Virus record (IMG/VR): IMGVR_UViG_3300032265_002746
DNA from: a virus
Taxonomy: Duplodnaviria; Heunggongvirae; Uroviricota; Caudoviricetes
Strand: one strand, 5' to 3'
Length of the DNA: 10,658 bases
Shown here piece after piece: positions 7,728 through 10,658 of the stretch. The translations under genes were made by a program, and so were the position numbers. The stretch's first letter is position 1. Every line of letters starts with the position of its first letter. The notes beneath the pieces are model-generated. The model made no database searches. It worked only from the letters and a program-made list of their open reading frames with translations, and was not told the origin of the DNA.

Positions 7728-7737
7728 TATAAATATC
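7728..7737 (-). promoter_or_regulatory. Candidate phage late promoter element GATATTTATA, 40 nt upstream of the TTG of the 485-aa gene
   Basis: Plus strand tataaatatc, identical to 901-910, in the 76-nt intergenic gap. Confidence 0.6.
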
Positions 7738-7763
7738 AAATAACCTCAATCCCCCTTACCTAC

Positions 7764-8975
7764 TTAGCTCGAAAAAGCACCTTTTACAATTACCTCAAAT
7801 GAAGATTGAAGTGCGTACCCTAATGCTAGTGTGTTCATAACCACTTGTACATCAGTACCTATTTGGGTTATAGATGTGATATCCGGAGTACTTACCACTT
7901 GACCATTTACTAAAAATAAGAAACTATCTATTGAAGTTGCAGGGGAGCCGGCTGGTGCTACTGCTATTGTTGCGTTTCTTAAGTAAAAACTGTTACTGGT
8001 TATATCTACTGCAAGAGCTTGCTTTGTTATATTTGGTGGTATGTATGTGTTCGTCACTGTGTTATTGATTATTACAGGCGTTTGAGGTGCTACATAAGAT
8101 GCTACTACCTGTCCTTTGGAATATATAGGTGTCACAGTCTCTCCATTATAGACTACTTGGGCCTTAGAATAGAAAGTAGGATTGTAAGACATGTAGTGGT
8201 TAACTGTATCTGGTATAATATACCCATTCAATATAATGTTAAATGTGGCACTTATTCGTTTATTTTCACCTGTATTTACTTCTCTGGTAAGAGGTACGCT
8301 GTCAATCATAGACATAAAGGTGAACTTCTTGGGATCTCCCCAATAAGAATATGATGCATAGGTAATTGCCTCTAGGATTTTATTTAAATCCCGTTCATTA
8401 TTGACATGCACCTCACAACTATAGGTTATCTTATGGTAATCAGGGATAGTTACTACCTGAAACCTTTTAACAGGCTTACGGTTAAGTAATACTGCAAAGT
8501 TATCATATTGGTTGTCTTTTGTGTATGTTTGCTGAAATACATATTGGTTATGGGTTATGTTTCCGTCCAACTTATTACCAAGAGTACGAACCTTTTCTAT
8601 ATCTACTTTTCTAATTGTAATTACAGGAAAGAGTATTTTTCCATCTTTATCACGAATGTTGCCATCATACTGGGCTGACTTAAATCTTTCAGGGTTAGCA
8701 TATATTACCGGAACAGGTACCCTATTACCATCTTCTACTACATACGGTTTAATTACCTCCTTGAAGTAATAGAATACAGCTGAATCAATATCCTCTAGCC
8801 CAATTGAAAAATCTTTAAGGTCGCTGTCTTTTTGACTTATTTGATCAACTCTTTTTTGTAAATCTGGTAAATCAGGCTTACTTCCGGGTATAACAGGGTT
8901 TATACCTTTACTATATTCTTCAGAGACTGTTTCTGGCCTTGGGGCTATTGTATGATTTCTTCTAGGAGTTGGCAT
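7764..8975 (-). CDS. gp15: Tail terminator / tail sheath stabiliser and completion protein (T4 gp15-like) with a C-terminal extension, 403 aa
   Basis: Core motifs match the gp15 pattern: VPVIYANPERF (T4 VPITYASKEHF), ILFPVITIRKVDI (ILPRINLHLVDF) and IPDYHKITYSCEVHVNNERDLNKILEAI (PSPIKMIYELSIFTRYEDDMFQIVEQI). Synteny gp13-gp14-gp15. Comparison is from memory, with no database search. Confidence 0.78.
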   Translation of the reverse strand: MPTPRRNHTIAPRPETVSEEYSKGINPVIPGSKPDLPDLQKRVDQISQKDSDLKDFSIGLEDIDSAVFYYFKEVIKPYVVEDGNRVPVPVIYANPERFKSAQYDGNIRDKDGKILFPVITIRKVDIEKVRTLGNKLDGNITHNQYVFQQTYTKDNQYDNFAVLLNRKPVKRFQVVTIPDYHKITYSCEVHVNNERDLNKILEAITYASYSYWGDPKKFTFMSMIDSVPLTREVNTGENKRISATFNIILNGYIIPDTVNHYMSYNPTFYSKAQVVYNGETVTPIYSKGQVVASYVAPQTPVIINNTVTNTYIPPNITKQALAVDITSNSFYLRNATIAVAPAGSPATSIDSFLFLVNGQVVSTPDITSITQIGTDVQVVMNTLALGYALQSSFEVIVKGAFSS

Positions 8976-8980
8976 AGTAA

Positions 8981-8990
8981 TATAAATATT
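8981..8990 (-). promoter_or_regulatory. Candidate phage late promoter element AATATTTATA, only 5 nt upstream of the gp15-like ATG
   Basis: Plus strand tataaatatt in a 21-nt gap. It shares the 12-mer taatataaatat (8978-8989) with 898-909. Confidence 0.55.
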
Positions 8991-8996
8991 AAAGAT

Positions 8997-9485
8997 TTAC
9001 CTGCTTTGTATTATATTCAGTCTATTGACATGAGTTAGATGACACTCACAAGTAATCGCAAGACTCATACCGTAGTATTGATTAGATGGTGATAGTGCAT
9101 AATTAGGGTCTTTACCTACTACTAGTTGATCCTCAATGGGTATATCAACTTCAAAATAAGATTCATTCCACATTACTATATCTCCCTTTTCAGGAACTAA
9201 TCCTATCGGTTCCAAATCTGCTTTCAAAAAAGAAAATGACATTATCCTGTTGGTATCTGAACCATAAGTTGCTTGTACATCCTGTTGTGGATTTCTGCCA
9301 ATAATGCAAGTTATCAATACTGGATTAAAGTACATCTTCTTGTTAGATTCCCCATACAAATCTATTACGGTATCAGACAAAGATAGTTTGTAGTAACCTA
9401 CCTCTTCTCCAATAACCCTATTAATAAGGTCTCTGTTAATTCTTCTGATGAAGGCTGAATCAGTTATCCGTCCGTATAAGCTCAT
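8997..9485 (-). CDS. gp14: Neck / head-closure protein (T4 gp14-like), 162 aa
   Basis: Motifs DLYGES..K.Y, PEKGDIVMWNESYFEVD (cf. gp14 P.EGDLIYF....FEI) and a terminal beta-strand AITCECH. It sits between the gp13-like and gp15-like genes. Confidence 0.72.
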   Translation of the reverse strand: MSLYGRITDSAFIRRINRDLINRVIGEEVGYYKLSLSDTVIDLYGESNKKMYFNPVLITCIIGRNPQQDVQATYGSDTNRIMSFSFLKADLEPIGLVPEKGDIVMWNESYFEVDIPIEDQLVVGKDPNYALSPSNQYYGMSLAITCECHLTHVNRLNIIQSR

Positions 9486-9498
9486 TGTATTATTATTT

Positions 9499-10658
9499 TT
9501 ATCCGATGTAAATCATCATAGGGACATAGTTTTCAATCTGGTTCATACTTTGAGCCTCTAGTGCTTTCATTTCTAGCTGCTTTTGCCTTGAAGAAGAGTT
9601 TAAAGTATCTCTCAGTTGAGCTACCAGCTTATCTTTATCAGCGTCTGACTGCTGTCTTAATGCATCTCCGTTTAGAGTCACACTTGAATCATTTCCTGGG
9701 ATAGGTACTGTTTGGTACTTACCTCTAATTCCAGCTAAAATCTCTCTACAAACAGCTACTCCATATTCAAATATCCACTTTTTGAAAATCATATTTACCT
9801 GAGAATATACAGGAACCTCATAAGGTACATTAGAAACATTAGTGATATTACCTTGTGGAACAACTCCCCCAACTGATCTGTATGGTAGGTTTCTTTCGGA
9901 TAATTTAATGAATTCGAATCTTATTTCTCTGTCCCAGCATGGAATTGGAAATATTTTCAAGATATTATTAGTCATCTCAAAAGTATAAGCAGACCTTCTT
10001 ACCATATCATTGAATTCAATTGATTGAACCCTCAGTATATCAAAGTAAACAGGCATCATCATATAGTTTACCGCCGGGCTCATCCGGTCAAATCCAAAAC
10101 TATTCAATAAGCTTTCATATCCTATTCCAGAAGCTACCGTAGGGTCAAAGAATCTTGTTACTGCAGGAGGTATTTCATAATAAACCCTCTTGATTTCTAT
10201 TGCATCCCCAGGTAAGACTACTGAAGAAGACATTGCCCACTCATTCAAATCATATGTCTGAACATATGGGGTAGCTTTAAGTGACCCTGTGTGCCAAGTT
10301 ACATTACCCCCAGTGCCTGCTTCTGTACCATAATCCTGCGAAAGCCTTACTATAGTACCTAGATTAGGTTGTACCACTACATTATTGAGTGGTAAAGAGC
10401 CTGTAGGGGCACCTTCTAGGCTTAAATAGTTTTCTCTGATTTTATATTCATACAACTCCTTACCAAAAGTCGTAACAGCATCTTCCATAGCAGTGTAGTA
10501 GTGCAAATCTTGCAATTCCACATCTTCCATGATTCCACCGAGTTTACGGTAGGCGTAATTAGCAAACTTTTGTGTGTCTGATATGAATAAAGGGTCGTTA
10601 TCATAATACCCAAATGGGGTATTGCCCTTTACTGGGCGCAGAACTAATGAATCTGCGT
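9499..10658 (-). CDS. gp13: Neck / head-tail adaptor protein (T4 gp13-like), 5'-partial (>=385 aa)
   Basis: The frame stays open upstream of the track's Met (10530) to the window edge: ADSLVLRPVKGNTPFGYYDNDPLFISDTQKFANYAYRKLGGIMEDVELQD..., so the true start is outside the window. The C-terminus KKWIFEYGVAVCREILAGIRGKYQTVPIPGNDSSVTLNGDALRQQSDADKDKLVAQL...PMMIYIG matches the T4 gp13 C-terminal pattern (RWVKDYATALAKE..G....QG..LPGGVTIDG..L..EA..EKE.L.EEL...PFGILVG). Confidence 0.82.
   Translation of the reverse strand, partial: ADSLVLRPVKGNTPFGYYDNDPLFISDTQKFANYAYRKLGGIMEDVELQDLHYYTAMEDAVTTFGKELYEYKIRENYLSLEGAPTGSLPLNNVVVQPNLGTIVRLSQDYGTEAGTGGNVTWHTGSLKATPYVQTYDLNEWAMSSSVVLPGDAIEIKRVYYEIPPAVTRFFDPTVASGIGYESLLNSFGFDRMSPAVNYMMMPVYFDILRVQSIEFNDMVRRSAYTFEMTNNILKIFPIPCWDREIRFEFIKLSERNLPYRSVGGVVPQGNITNVSNVPYEVPVYSQVNMIFKKWIFEYGVAVCREILAGIRGKYQTVPIPGNDSSVTLNGDALRQQSDADKDKLVAQLRDTLNSSSRQKQLEMKALEAQSMNQIENYVPMMIYIG

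Noticed and set aside
7688-7763. Rho-independent terminator in the longest intergenic gap (G-rich then C-rich halves)
   Set aside because: Only a 5-bp GGTTA/TAACC pairing with a long loop, and no U-tract after a stable stem.
8019-8769. Plus-strand ORFs 8019..8354 (111 aa) and 8557..8769 (70 aa)
   Set aside because: Antisense to the gp15-like gene. The Cys/Tyr/Arg-rich or featureless translations are typical of shadow frames. They would matter only if the TATAAATA sites prove to fire antisense.
8849-8860. A6 run (CAA AAA AGA) as a -1 frameshift site in the gp15-like gene
   Set aside because: Not in X XXY YYZ register, and there is no evident downstream structure or useful alternative frame.
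10528-10530. ATG at 10530 as the start of the neck protein
   Set aside because: The frame continues without stops for 42 more codons to the window edge, so this is probably an internal Met.
10422-10613. Minus-strand 63-aa ORF
   Set aside because: Alternative frame overlapping the gp13-like gene, whose own frame is open to the window edge with a convincing N-terminal region.
920-10658. Stop-codon reassignment (alternative genetic code), as seen in some large phages
   Set aside because: All genes read as long ORFs in the standard code and all six visible stops are TAA. No read-through is needed, although absence of TAG/TGA stops means recoding cannot be formally excluded.
10605-10658. tRNA-like cloverleaf at the right edge
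   Set aside because: No acceptor stem, T-loop (TTCRA) or D-loop consensus, and the region is in-frame coding sequence of the neck protein.

Overview
A 10.7-kb piece of the virion morphogenesis region of a large tailed dsDNA phage, probably a distant T4-superfamily myovirus. All real genes are on the minus strand. In transcription order: T4 gp13-like neck protein (9499..>10658, start outside the window), gp14-like neck protein (8997..9485), gp15-like tail terminator with an extra C-terminal domain (7764..8975), a 485-aa beta-rich virion appendage protein (TTG start), a 1538-aa mosaic fibre protein, a LamG/ConA-like lectin-domain protein coupled to it by TAATG, and a Gly/Ser/Asn/Tyr/Cys-rich repeat fibre/adhesin gene (<1..882) that the ORF track missed because it runs off the left edge. 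Main observations: (i) a conserved [G/A]ATATTTATA element in three intergenic gaps, the reverse complement of the T4 late promoter TATAAATA relative to the genes; (ii) a shared GSLxG..(S/T)ASYA signature in three neighbouring fibre genes; (iii) a duplicated in-frame junction (20 identical nt, GGGTGAGFPYSGSAVITGSL) bracketing most of the large fibre; (iv) sharp codon-usage mosaicism; (v) a 45-bp to 54-bp coding repeat array with 108-bp higher-order structure. AT-rich, Shine-Dalgarno-free starts suggest a Bacteroidota host (inference). No RNA genes, CRISPR, mobile elements or DGR are supported. All counts were done by hand and no databases were searched.
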